A stretch of DNA of 64,000 nt, taken from IMG/VR virus record IMGVR_UViG_3300037042_002125, positions 158,079 to 222,078 of that record; one strand, written 5' to 3'. Shown here piece by piece: positions 9,251 through 19,332 of this stretch. Each line of letters begins with the position of its first letter. Position 1 is the stretch's first letter. The notes beneath the pieces were generated by a model, which made no database searches, was not told where the DNA came from, and saw nothing but the letters and a program-made list of their open reading frames with translations. A program made the translations under genes and the position numbers.

Positions 9251-9853
9251 ATGCTCATGGCTAACTTAACCAAAAAACCTTTACGAAGCTCTGGGGCTGC
9301 CTCGGCCGCCAGGGCTTTCTTGCCTCAGACAAAGGCCCCTAGTTCCATATGGGACAATGCAAAGCTATCTGACATTGGGAACAACTTTGAGATCATTAGG
9401 GAAGCGCCTATCCTCGAGGAGTATTCTTTCCATAACCCTTTCCTAAGAGGGCAATCTGAGTTCATATTCTTTGTAGTTAAGCCTAAATACAAGGTCAAAG
9501 AGAAGAAGAAGGTAGTTACACCCTTAAACTTGAACAGCAAGTTGAGCAAACCTCAGAAGAGAAAGATAGCTAGAGCCATTGGCGATAACATTGAGGATTT
9601 TTCTACGTTCTTCATGGAGGAGATTTTGCCAGTTAGTCTGGCAATATCGTCTGCTGGTCAGAAGGTAGACGAATTGATCCAACAATTGATAGACGATAAG
9701 GCAAACCTGCCAATGTCATTCATCCAAGCTAAAGCTACGCAAGCCGTTTGCTTGCGGATCATTAGACGTATATCACAAAAGTTCAAGCTGACTAAAGACG
9801 AACAGCGTATGATGTTTAGGGAGTATCTACGTGAAAACGTTTTCAAAATCTAG
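9251..9853 (+). CDS. hypothetical protein, possibly terminase small subunit
   Basis: AAGGAG RBS; overlaps the terL start; the function is inferred from position only. Confidence 0.55.
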   Translation: MLMANLTKKPLRSSGAASAARAFLPQTKAPSSIWDNAKLSDIGNNFEIIREAPILEEYSFHNPFLRGQSEFIFFVVKPKYKVKEKKKVVTPLNLNSKLSKPQKRKIARAIGDNIEDFSTFFMEEILPVSLAISSAGQKVDELIQQLIDDKANLPMSFIQAKATQAVCLRIIRRISQKFKLTKDEQRMMFREYLRENVFKI

Positions 9854-12800
9854 TAGTGGGAGTGGGATAATCCTACCTCACTTTGCAAGCAAGAGTAAAA
9901 ACTATGTTGACTCTCTGTTCAACAATCCTGGTTCCGCATCTTTACCTTGGGAGGCTTTCCCTGATGACTATGATCCACTCGATCTTATAGCAGCAGACGG
10001 AGAGTTTGATCTTGCTAAAATGATGGACAAGGCCGTAGACAGCATAACAGGTCTACCTAGAGATATCCGCCTACCAGAAGGTGATTTTCCAGAGGCTAAG
10101 AACTACTTTGATTATTGCGAAAACTTTGTAGGTCCTGACACAAAATTTCCTTTCTCCCGTCAGATGTGGGCAGCTATTCATCTGCTTGCCGAATACTGCC
10201 CTAGGTGTTCTCACCCTAAATGGGAAAATATTTTCAACGTAGGCGTTGACGTTGACCCTCGCAACATACCCAACAACGTCCGCCTTCTCCACTATGGGAA
10301 ATGCCCCAAGTGCAAGACAACAAAGGCTGAACTGTTTGCTAACAAGGAGCTAAACCTATACGTTGAAGCCGCTTGGTTATGGGGACAACGTTCTGGCAAA
10401 TCAATCTTGACCGCTAGTCTCACGAACTACCTTCTCCACAAGTACCTCAAGTTTCCAAAGATGAGTGCTATATGTGAGGGTATTCAATCCAGCACACCAT
10501 TGACAGCTACATTCGTTGGCGTTCGTTTTGCGGACGCCATTGCTACCTTGTGGGAGCCAATCACTAAAGGTATACATGATAGCCCTTGGTTTAGGGAATA
10601 TCATGCGATGATGGATCAATACGGTACCAAACTTGGCATTGAGTTTTACAGATTTAAAGATCAGTACCTAAAATACGGCCACAAGAATTTAGAAATCTAT
10701 CCAGCAGGCCCATCCAAACGTGCCCTACGTGGTCGTACTCGTTTCTTGTGCCTTACTGGCGATACTTTGGTAAATACAGACAGGGGTTTGGTAGAGATCA
10801 AAAACAATTTGCAGGGTCAGTCTGTAGACGTTTACATGACTAAAAATGCAGATATTACTTACCATGCATACTCGGGTAAAAAGGAAGTCTTTGAAGTAAC
10901 TCTTGGTAACGGCTTATCTGTTACTGGGTCTTCGGTGCACCCTCTCCTAACGTTAGACTTAGAGACATACAAACCTAAATGGACAAAAATCGAAAACTTG
11001 ACCGTTAACGACTACGTCGTCTGTGGATTAGGTGGCACGTTTCCAGATGAGTTAACCTTGCCTTCCGGCGATCTACCGTCTAAAGCCAAGTATGAAGTAG
11101 CTATTGAGGAAATGGTAAAGCGTAAGACGTTCTATCTTGCAGATATAACTAAAGTATGTGGGTTGTCTCCAAACGTGTTAAGCATAACAACCTGCCAGTA
11201 CACTAGGCTAGGTTTACTGACAAAACGTAAGATGTCACAGACTGGGACCTCTTTATTCTCAGTAGCTAAAGGCGTGACGGTCAACCAACTACTTGCAGCA
11301 AAGAAAAAAGGCTCTCAGCGTATAACTCAAAACAGGAACAAGACACAATTCCCGCTATCAATGACCACAGAACTAGCAAGTGTTCTGGGGTACTTGGTAG
11401 CTGATGGGAAATATACAGAACAAGGGTTTGCTCAAGAACTAGGTTTTGGCACAACCTCAATACTTAAGGCTGAGGACTTTGCGGCCAAATTCCAAGATAC
11501 CTTTGGGTGTGCACCTCGTAGGCGTACAGGTTATAAATCTGATGTAAAACTAGGAAAGGTGTATGGTTGTAGGATTGCGTACTCTGCGGTCAAAGACTTC
11601 TTAAAAACTATAGGACTAGTCCCCGCCGTTGCAAAGACAAAAGAAGTACCTTGGTCTATTCTACAGGCTGACCGAGACAGTGTGGTAGCTTTCCTGTCAT
11701 CTGCTATTAGTTGCGATGGCCGAGTTCCTAATACTTTCAATAAAGGCCTAGGTAGAACGGTTAGTTATACGTCAACTAGCTTAAAATTGCTGCAACAGAT
11801 GCAAATTTTATTCTTTAAACTTGGGTACCCGTGCCATATAAAACAGAATACTGACGGTACGTCTAAGGTCGTCCTTAAAGCCTACACTGCCAGCAAGTTT
11901 CTTGATGAGTACACTGGGCTAGAAAAACGCGACTGGCATATTAACCGAGAACGTACCGTACGTAGAAACTCTATGTCGTATTCAGAGTACCGTATCCCAG
12001 GTTTAGAACTTCGCAATACAAGTATGGTGTACTTTGTTCATACTCTAAAAGAGTTAAATGCTCACAGCCGAATAAATACTTCTGGACTAGGTCATCTTAT
12101 AGACAAAAATTTTGTCTTTTCAAAAGCGAAGACCATTAAGTCAAAAGGTGTTAAGAAAACCTACGACATTAGTGTTGATAGTAAAAGTCACGCGTTTGTT
12201 GCCAACGGGATTGTTGTCCACAACACAGGTCTCGATGAATTAGGTTGGTTCCCTATCTCAGGCGAGAACAGAGACCTTGAACGTGCAGACGCAGACGAAG
12301 TTCACACAGCACTTGACCGCTCCTTGCTTACGATGCGGCGCGAAGTGCGTACCTTGTACCGAAAGGGGTACAGCAATTTCATACCTGGTATCGCAATCAA
12401 CATTTCCAGTCCTGCAGACGAGACAGATAAGATGTGTAGGCTGGTCGAGGAGAATAGATCGAGCACTCGTGTGTTGGCGCTTCAGCTTGCTACGTGGGAA
12501 ATTAGTCCTTTGTTTACCAAGGACAACGAGGAAATTGCAGATGCATATTCTAAGAATCCAATAGATGCCGAGCGTGACTATGGGGCTAAACCTCCAATGA
12601 ACGCGCGGTCGTTTATGGATATGTCTGTGGCGGCCCGAGGGTTTAACGGACGTAATGCTGCTCACGTTACGCCTTTTGAGAAGACTATAAACGAGAAGGT
12701 CAGACGTGCGGCAGCTCTTGATAGTTGGTCACCCTCAACTCCTCAGCCAGCGTCGGTGTTATCAATGGATGCAGGTCTGACAAACAATTCGTTTGCCATA

Positions 12801-13547
12801 ACCATTATGAACTTGAACCAGACTAAAGTTGGTGAGTTGATAAACACTAGAGTTCAAGTGCAGGTGGCGGTTGAGATTCAGCCGCGACCAGGGGTAATGC
12901 TTCACTATAGCAAAATCTACAGTGACGTTATCAAACCAATGATAAAACATTTCAACGTCCGCTTCATGTTCGCAGATCGTTGGAATTCTGTTGCTTTATT
13001 AGACACAGCAGAAGAAGATTTCAAACACATTGGATTAGTCGCCAAGCAGCACAGTGTCAAGTACCCCGATTTCTTGACCACCAGGTCATATTTAGAGGAA
13101 GGTAAACTTATCCTTCCTAAACTTGAAATGGAATATGAGAAGATTCGACAAATTGATAGCTACCCCTCTTATTTTGAAGGTAAGCCAGCCGCTCATCTAT
13201 TGTTCCAGTTTGCCACTGTACGTGATATGGGTAGTACAGTTATCAAAGGTGGACCTTACACAGATGACATTTTTAGGGCCTTGGTTCTAGGTGTAGGTCG
13301 TATTCTCAATCCGAAGATCATGGAAGAGATTCTAAAGATGGGAGTTGTCCTCAACCAAAGGAATTTCGGTGCCGTAACAATGGGGAGATCTTTTGGTATG
13401 TCTAGTCCAATAAACTACCTTGCGAATAGGGACCCGTCTAAACCCAATGTAGGTTCTACAATCCTATCTGGGTATTCTACTATTAGTCCTGTTGGGGGTT
13501 CTAACTTTGCAACCTCACAAGTTGTAAGAAGTTCTAGGACAAGGTAG
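9831..13547 (+). CDS. terL: terminase large subunit, intein-containing
   Basis: Walker A WGQRSGKS, RGRTR..|..GLDELGW Walker B, ISSP motif, RNase H-like nuclease (SMDAG, ADRWNS, TDDIFRA). Confidence 0.9.
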   Translation: MKTFSKSSSGSGIILPHFASKSKNYVDSLFNNPGSASLPWEAFPDDYDPLDLIAADGEFDLAKMMDKAVDSITGLPRDIRLPEGDFPEAKNYFDYCENFVGPDTKFPFSRQMWAAIHLLAEYCPRCSHPKWENIFNVGVDVDPRNIPNNVRLLHYGKCPKCKTTKAELFANKELNLYVEAAWLWGQRSGKSILTASLTNYLLHKYLKFPKMSAICEGIQSSTPLTATFVGVRFADAIATLWEPITKGIHDSPWFREYHAMMDQYGTKLGIEFYRFKDQYLKYGHKNLEIYPAGPSKRALRGRTRFLCLTGDTLVNTDRGLVEIKNNLQGQSVDVYMTKNADITYHAYSGKKEVFEVTLGNGLSVTGSSVHPLLTLDLETYKPKWTKIENLTVNDYVVCGLGGTFPDELTLPSGDLPSKAKYEVAIEEMVKRKTFYLADITKVCGLSPNVLSITTCQYTRLGLLTKRKMSQTGTSLFSVAKGVTVNQLLAAKKKGSQRITQNRNKTQFPLSMTTELASVLGYLVADGKYTEQGFAQELGFGTTSILKAEDFAAKFQDTFGCAPRRRTGYKSDVKLGKVYGCRIAYSAVKDFLKTIGLVPAVAKTKEVPWSILQADRDSVVAFLSSAISCDGRVPNTFNKGLGRTVSYTSTSLKLLQQMQILFFKLGYPCHIKQNTDGTSKVVLKAYTASKFLDEYTGLEKRDWHINRERTVRRNSMSYSEYRIPGLELRNTSMVYFVHTLKELNAHSRINTSGLGHLIDKNFVFSKAKTIKSKGVKKTYDISVDSKSHAFVANGIVVHNTGLDELGWFPISGENRDLERADADEVHTALDRSLLTMRREVRTLYRKGYSNFIPGIAINISSPADETDKMCRLVEENRSSTRVLALQLATWEISPLFTKDNEEIADAYSKNPIDAERDYGAKPPMNARSFMDMSVAARGFNGRNAAHVTPFEKTINEKVRRAAALDSWSPSTPQPASVLSMDAGLTNNSFAITIMNLNQTKVGELINTRVQVQVAVEIQPRPGVMLHYSKIYSDVIKPMIKHFNVRFMFADRWNSVALLDTAEEDFKHIGLVAKQHSVKYPDFLTTRSYLEEGKLILPKLEMEYEKIRQIDSYPSYFEGKPAAHLLFQFATVRDMGSTVIKGGPYTDDIFRALVLGVGRILNPKIMEEILKMGVVLNQRNFGAVTMGRSFGMSSPINYLANRDPSKPNVGSTILSGYSTISPVGGSNFATSQVVRSSRTR
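10749..12224 (+). mobile_element. intein (492 aa) with LAGLIDADG homing endonuclease
   Basis: Starts CLTGDTLV, has block B SSVHPLL, LAGLIDADG-like LGYLVADG and FLSSAISCDG, ends TYDISV..HAFVANGIVVHN; the +1 residue is Thr. Confidence 0.92.
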
Positions 13548-13549
13548 TT

Positions 13550-13558
13550 TAATTTAAT
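13550..13558 (+). promoter_or_regulatory. TAATTTHAT motif
   Basis: TAATTTAAT before the Zn-ribbon and portal genes. Confidence 0.5.
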
Positions 13559-13578
13559 TGCATGTAAAGGGGTACCTA

Positions 13579-13839
13579 ATGTCTAATTCCACCACACCAA
13601 TCCAGAGAATCATTCCTCGCGTCATGCAAGCTCAGCCACATTCTGAAACGACAGTGGCTAAGACTACAGTGACAGTGGGTGCAGATGGTAAGGAAAAAGT
13701 CACGTCAAGAGTTGAAAACATCAACGAAGGTCAATGTCCAATATGCGGAACTCAGTTACGACCAACCGAAGCTAATGGAAATACTGTCCTGTATTGCCCC
13801 GCTCACAACATTGTGATGCCGGTTCGAGATCAAAATTAA
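13579..13839 (+). CDS. small zinc-ribbon protein
   Basis: CPIC...CPAH; ATG at 13579 after AAAGGGG. Confidence 0.65.
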   Translation: MSNSTTPIQRIIPRVMQAQPHSETTVAKTTVTVGADGKEKVTSRVENINEGQCPICGTQLRPTEANGNTVLYCPAHNIVMPVRDQN

Positions 13840-13851
13840 AGGTAGAACAAT

Positions 13852-15717
13852 ATGTTCGGTACTGACAGAAGAATATCCGTTAATGGCAGCACATTGCGTT
13901 CAACAAAGCTAGGTCAACTGTCCGCCACAAAGACAATAAAGTCTCGGACAACTGAAATGGCAAACCTGTTCGGTGGTGGCCCATTAGGAGGAGCAGGAAA
14001 CTCCTCAATGAACGTCTACGCGTCTGGTCCTCTTGCATCTGTATCCATGCTAAACGGATTGGTACCAGAGCAGGAGGATTATCTACGACGTTACTACAGG
14101 GACATCTACTACCTCGATGCCGTAGCTGGTACCACAGTGGACTTGATGTCCACGTTTCCATTTTCAGAGTACACTCTCACTGGTTGCGACACAGACAAAC
14201 TTGAGAAGTATGCAGAGTCGTTGGAACGTCTTAACATCCGTTCGCTGATGCCTGAGATTAGCACAGCCTACTTGGTCGAAGGTTCCTCAATCTCCAGTCT
14301 GATCTTTAACCAGAGAGAAAAGATCTTCATCGACCTGGTTATGTTCGGCGTTGACAACTGCACCATCCAGCAACTGCCGTTCTACTCGACCGACCCAAGC
14401 ATTACGGTCAAGAACACTCAGGCGATGATCGAGTTCATGCGCTCGAATGACAAGCAGGCAAGGGCAATCCGTTCTTTGCTTCCACCGCAGTTGGCAGCAA
14501 CGTTCGCCAGCAATGCGTTCAAGCTTGACCCATTGACGACCTTGTATTTGTCCCGCAAGACGCTCCCAGGTTCAGAGCCTATCTCGTTCTTGAAACGCAT
14601 GTTGCCTATCTACCTTCTTGAGAAAACTCTGTTCCGCGGAACGATTGTTGAAGCCAACAAACGCCAGCGCAGTATGTTGCACGTCACAATGGGCGACGAC
14701 ACTCACACGTTCACACCAGAAGAAATGGCAGAGACTGTCAACCAATTCCAATTGGCAGATTTGGATCCACTAGGCGCCGTCATTGGCACACGTGGTACTG
14801 TCGCAGCTTCTGAAATCCGCCAAGGTGGTGATTTCTGGAAGTGGACAGACACTATCGACACGATGACTCCCTACAAACTTCGCGCCTTGGGGATAAGTGA
14901 AGCATTCCTAAGCGGCGACAGCAATTTCAGCAACACAGAGACGGCCTTGTCAGTGTTCCTGGAAAACCTCGATGCGTACAGGTCATACTTGACGTACGAA
15001 GTGTTCACTAACAAGATCTTTCCGATTGTCGCTATTGCCAACGACTTCTTCAAGAAGGGTAAAGAAATAGATACGTCAAAACGAAACAAGATGACGTACC
15101 AAGCCAACAACCATAAGGACTTGGACATTCCGTTGATGCACTGGCACAAACGTCTTGAAGCAAAAGACGAAGACAACATCATAGAGACTCTCACTACGTT
15201 ACAAGAAAAGGGATTCCCCATTCCTATGCGTATGTGGGCAGCGGCTGCTAAGGTAGACCTCGGCGCATACTACCACGACCTGCAACAGGACAAAGAAGTT
15301 CGAGAGTTGATTGCCAAATACAGCGGCCAAAAGCCAGAAGATATTGGGGCAGCCAAAGACGGTGAAGGCGATGAAGAGGATGATGGAGAATTTGCATCTT
15401 TGCACAACATCACTCAGCCTGTTCGCTCACAGAATCTGTTGGACCGTGACTTTGGGCCTAACGCAGGCGAAGTTGTTGGTCGTACAAAGACCGGCAAGGC
15501 CACGTACATCTTAAATCAGAAGCGCGCCAATGATGAAGCCAATCAAAACATTGCAAAGGCAATGACAGAGTTGAACAAGCCTGAGGTGAGGGCAGCCGCA
15601 TTGAAACGTGTTCGCTCTGCTTTAGGCGCAATTCCAAACATCATTGGTGAGCCACTTCGCAAAGCAGAAAAATCTGCGTCTCTTGCACGAGCAAGAGCAT
15701 CTGGTTCACAGCATTAA
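13852..15717 (+). CDS. portal protein
   Basis: 621 aa just after terL; portal-like segments (YYRDIY..D.V...VD, KLRALGISEAFLSGDSNFS). Confidence 0.75.
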   Translation: MFGTDRRISVNGSTLRSTKLGQLSATKTIKSRTTEMANLFGGGPLGGAGNSSMNVYASGPLASVSMLNGLVPEQEDYLRRYYRDIYYLDAVAGTTVDLMSTFPFSEYTLTGCDTDKLEKYAESLERLNIRSLMPEISTAYLVEGSSISSLIFNQREKIFIDLVMFGVDNCTIQQLPFYSTDPSITVKNTQAMIEFMRSNDKQARAIRSLLPPQLAATFASNAFKLDPLTTLYLSRKTLPGSEPISFLKRMLPIYLLEKTLFRGTIVEANKRQRSMLHVTMGDDTHTFTPEEMAETVNQFQLADLDPLGAVIGTRGTVAASEIRQGGDFWKWTDTIDTMTPYKLRALGISEAFLSGDSNFSNTETALSVFLENLDAYRSYLTYEVFTNKIFPIVAIANDFFKKGKEIDTSKRNKMTYQANNHKDLDIPLMHWHKRLEAKDEDNIIETLTTLQEKGFPIPMRMWAAAAKVDLGAYYHDLQQDKEVRELIAKYSGQKPEDIGAAKDGEGDEEDDGEFASLHNITQPVRSQNLLDRDFGPNAGEVVGRTKTGKATYILNQKRANDEANQNIAKAMTELNKPEVRAAALKRVRSALGAIPNIIGEPLRKAEKSASLARARASGSQH

Positions 15718-15726
15718 GGACATGTC

Positions 15727-16455
15727 ATGTCAATACTTAGCTTAGCCGCAAAAGATAACAGGAAATTCCTCGAAAGATTTATCTCTCAGTATTGCAGTGA
15801 AGATCCTGGGCAATTTCTTTTCTTGCCTATCAATGTAGGTGCTTGGTATAAAGGCATTACTGGAATGAGTTCCAAGGACAAAGAGCCAAAGGGACTTAAA
15901 ACCTTAACGAAGGCTATTTTGGCTATTGGCAAACCTCCGGTTATTGGTACCACTGTATACAGAATGGCAAACGTAAAAGTTCCGCCATCTGGAATTGAGA
16001 CGCTGATGGGTAGACCTAGGAAACTGCAGGTTGGCCCACGACCAATACTGTCCTTTTCCAGAGATAGGGAATACACAAAGAAGTTCTACAAAAAATTCTA
16101 TACCCGAGGTGGTGGTACCCCTATCAAAAGGGGAGACGCTAGGTTTGCCTACGTGGTGCTAATGACAGAAGTGTCAATAAAAAATTATGTGTTGGACACA
16201 CATACAATCACAGAACTGTTCAAGTTGATACTGACAAACTGGGAGTTTACGTTGTCATTAGTAGAGCAACTAGACCCAAATGAATGGCAAAAACTAAGAA
16301 AACAAATAACCAAATACCCCTTCACGGCAACGTACAAAGAGATATCTACTGTATTCATACAACAGCAGCAAGAGGTTATCCTGAGAAGTAAAACCTCTAC
16401 ATTTCCAAATGTCGAAGTAGTAGATGTACTTTGGCATAGTGGTAACAAGGACTAA
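15727..16455 (+). CDS. putative ADP-ribosyltransferase (R-S-E type)
   Basis: VYR ... LSFS ... QQEVIL in canonical order. Confidence 0.45.
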   Translation: MSILSLAAKDNRKFLERFISQYCSEDPGQFLFLPINVGAWYKGITGMSSKDKEPKGLKTLTKAILAIGKPPVIGTTVYRMANVKVPPSGIETLMGRPRKLQVGPRPILSFSRDREYTKKFYKKFYTRGGGTPIKRGDARFAYVVLMTEVSIKNYVLDTHTITELFKLILTNWEFTLSLVEQLDPNEWQKLRKQITKYPFTATYKEISTVFIQQQQEVILRSKTSTFPNVEVVDVLWHSGNKD

Positions 16456-16461
16456 CAAATC

Positions 16462-16914
16462 ATGCAACCACCATTCAAAGTAGCTGCGTTCTGGAACTCG
16501 TTTAATTCCCAGGTAGCAACTCGCGTTCTTCGAGATAGCTTGGCCATCCAACGGCTGGCAAAAGCCAATCGCGCTGACTTTGTTATCGCGTGTGACCCCG
16601 AACTTCACCACACGTTGTCTGCAATGGGCATTCCTGTTACGAGCGATTTTGTTAGCCCCAATATGGTTAGGGCTTACTTGATGAGAGATGACTTAACAGA
16701 TGACCTAACTGATCGTCTACCTGAGTGTGAGGATACTGAGTTGATCACCTTGACTCCAATGCCTGCACTAGGTGATGGGCACAGTGAACAGACAGTTGAC
16801 CCTTATGCCGGTGTCAAGTTGTTCAAGGATTGGAAGGCAATTCCGGAGACACTTCCTCTGGACAAGGCGCCGCCTAAGGGACCTTCGGACCCCATGTGGT
16901 CACCTTGGTTGTAG
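16462..16914 (+). CDS. hypothetical protein
   Basis: 150-aa ORF with AAGGA RBS. Confidence 0.65.
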   Translation: MQPPFKVAAFWNSFNSQVATRVLRDSLAIQRLAKANRADFVIACDPELHHTLSAMGIPVTSDFVSPNMVRAYLMRDDLTDDLTDRLPECEDTELITLTPMPALGDGHSEQTVDPYAGVKLFKDWKAIPETLPLDKAPPKGPSDPMWSPWL

Positions 16915-16923
16915 GGGTGTAAG

Positions 16924-18792
16924 ATGGCAACACTCGACCAACTCAAAGATCAATACCTTGCCGCAAAAGAAAAATACTACAACGATAAAAACGGCAAGAA
17001 CCTTATGTCGGACGCAATGTTCGATAAGCTTGAAGACAAGATACGCAAAGCCGACCCTAAATGGAAAGGGTTTAAGGCAGGGGCACCCGTCAACAAAAAG
17101 ACGAAGGTGAAGTTGCCTATCCCTATGTTCTCGCTCGATAAATTGAAGGCACCAACTGTACAGGCATGGCTAGACAACCAAAACCCAAATGACGACGTAA
17201 CGTTGAGCGATAAGCTTGATGGGTCCTCCCTTGAGATCGTCTACACTCGTGGTGTACCTACATTTTGTGCCACCAGAGGCAATGGCGTCATTGGTGGAGA
17301 GGTTAGCTTCTTGATACCTCACCTGAGGATTCCACAGAAGGTAGGGACCGCAGACTTCACTATCCGCTGCGAAGGCTTGTTCTCTAAGGCAGGTTTCCTC
17401 AAGTACAAAGCTGAGTTTGACGCAGCCCGCAATGCAGCCAGTGGTATCTTGAACAGGCAAGACATTCACCACAGCATGAAGGACCTCAAGGTAGTGGTGT
17501 TGCAGGTCATGAAGCCTAACGTTCAACCTAGTAAGGGCTTGCGTTGGGCAAAGCAAAAGGGCTTCACTGTCGTCCCGTTCAAAGTGTTTAAGGTGCGTGA
17601 TCTTAATGCACACAACCTAAGCACCCTTCTGGCCCAGCGTAAGGTCGCATCTAAATTTGACATGGATGGGCTTGTCCTTACGCTTGACAAGGTCAACAAA
17701 CTGCCAATGAACGGCAACCCCGACTGGGCAAAGGCCTTCAAACAAAACATTGATACTGATAGTGCGCCTGTCACCACAGTAAGAGCAGTAGAGTGGGAAG
17801 TGTCATCTCACGGCCTTATCAAACCAGTGATTGTGTATGACGCGATAAATTGGGACGGTAGCACTCTAACTAGAGCAAGTGCCTACAACGCCAAATTCGT
17901 CAACCTGAATGGCATTGGTATAGGGTCGAAAGTTGCCTTGATACGCTCAGGAGAAATAATACCTAAGGTTGTCAAGGTTTTGAAAAAAGCAGCAAGGACA
18001 GCTATCCCTGATCCTAAAGTGTTCGGTGACTACCACTTAACCAAGAATGACACTGACTATGTGCTGAGCGCACCCCTTGAGAATGAGGATTTCCGGGTCA
18101 AGAAGATTGCCCGCTTCTTTGCTAACCTCGAAGTTGATTACCTACGTGAGCAGACAGTTCGCAAGATGTACGAGGTAGGCTTTGACAACGTCAAGAGCAT
18201 AACACGGGCGACAGTCAAAGACTTCATGGGCATCCCTGGCATACAGGCCAAGGGCGCCAACAAACTCTATGAGGCTATCCATTCCAAAATAGACCAAGGC
18301 GTTCCTGTGGTAAAACTGATGGACGCTAGTGGTGTGTTTCCCAGTGGTATGGGCGAGACACGTTTTGAAACCATTGCCAAGTACCATGACTTATTGGACC
18401 TGTGCGCTTTGCCCGAGTCTGAACAATTGGCTATTCTGTTGAAAATTCCTGGGTTCAAAGACTTGACTGCTGACTTCTTTATCAGAGGCAGTAAGAAGTT
18501 TCTCAAGTGGGTTAAGCTAGTAGGTATAACCCCGGTTAAGCCAAAGAAAGTGAGGGTAAAACTTGACAGCCAAAAACTCGCAGGAATGGGAATCAGTTGG
18601 ACTGGGTATCGCAGCGATGAACAAGAAAGCACCGTCAAAGCAAACGGCGGAACAGTTGAGAGCTTCGGAGGACGGACGAAAACTTTGCTGGTTAGTCCAA
18701 CCGGAAAGGCAAGCTCAAAAGCCCAGAAAGCAGAACAAAAAGGAATCCCAGTCATGACATGGGAAGCCTTTGCACGCAAGTACAAACTCTAG
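16924..18792 (+). CDS. ligA: NAD-dependent DNA ligase
   Basis: YY..MSDAMFD, PMFSLDK, KLDG, ATRGNG, RNAASG, DGLV, AFK, RSGEIIP, HhH repeats, C-terminal BRCT. Confidence 0.95.
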   Translation: MATLDQLKDQYLAAKEKYYNDKNGKNLMSDAMFDKLEDKIRKADPKWKGFKAGAPVNKKTKVKLPIPMFSLDKLKAPTVQAWLDNQNPNDDVTLSDKLDGSSLEIVYTRGVPTFCATRGNGVIGGEVSFLIPHLRIPQKVGTADFTIRCEGLFSKAGFLKYKAEFDAARNAASGILNRQDIHHSMKDLKVVVLQVMKPNVQPSKGLRWAKQKGFTVVPFKVFKVRDLNAHNLSTLLAQRKVASKFDMDGLVLTLDKVNKLPMNGNPDWAKAFKQNIDTDSAPVTTVRAVEWEVSSHGLIKPVIVYDAINWDGSTLTRASAYNAKFVNLNGIGIGSKVALIRSGEIIPKVVKVLKKAARTAIPDPKVFGDYHLTKNDTDYVLSAPLENEDFRVKKIARFFANLEVDYLREQTVRKMYEVGFDNVKSITRATVKDFMGIPGIQAKGANKLYEAIHSKIDQGVPVVKLMDASGVFPSGMGETRFETIAKYHDLLDLCALPESEQLAILLKIPGFKDLTADFFIRGSKKFLKWVKLVGITPVKPKKVRVKLDSQKLAGMGISWTGYRSDEQESTVKANGGTVESFGGRTKTLLVSPTGKASSKAQKAEQKGIPVMTWEAFARKYKL

Positions 18793-18802
18793 GAAGTACA
18801 GT

Positions 18803-19315
18803 ATGGAAGCACACACCTACGCAAACATTAGGGAATCTATTCGATCTGGAGATTTGCTGGCCTTTTCTCATGGAGACTTCAAGTCGTTTAATGGCATGCT
18901 TGTCAAAGGGGTCCGTGTGTTTACAACATCCACCTATAGCCATGTGGCAGTAGCGTGGGTTGCAAAAGATAGAGTGTTTGCTCTTGAGGCAGTTGTGCCT
19001 AAGGTACGGATATTTCCCTTGAGCTTGTTAGGCGATTTTGATCTTATTCCGCTAGAAGCGCCTTGGACAGCAGACACAGAACAGTATGCTTTGTCAAAGG
19101 TAGGCGCTGACTACTCGAGGTGGACAGCAATACAAGGCTTCTTCAACCCTCTTGCTGATGGTGACGTTTCAGAATGTGCAGCCTATGCTCGTGAGGTTTT
19201 GAAGCGCGATGGAATTGATTTAGGGAAAATGTCCCGACCGGATACTGTCATTCATGCTGCCCAAGATTTGGGTGCCACTTTGATTCATGTCGCCAACGGC
19301 GGCTATGTAGCTTAA
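18803..19315 (+). CDS. permuted papain-like NlpC/P60 (YiiX/YebB-like) enzyme
   Basis: GDLL, YSHVAV, then ECAAY (His before Cys indicates permutation). Confidence 0.75.
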   Translation: MEAHTYANIRESIRSGDLLAFSHGDFKSFNGMLVKGVRVFTTSTYSHVAVAWVAKDRVFALEAVVPKVRIFPLSLLGDFDLIPLEAPWTADTEQYALSKVGADYSRWTAIQGFFNPLADGDVSECAAYAREVLKRDGIDLGKMSRPDTVIHAAQDLGATLIHVANGGYVA

Positions 19316-19332
19316 TCTTTAGAAAGTTCACT

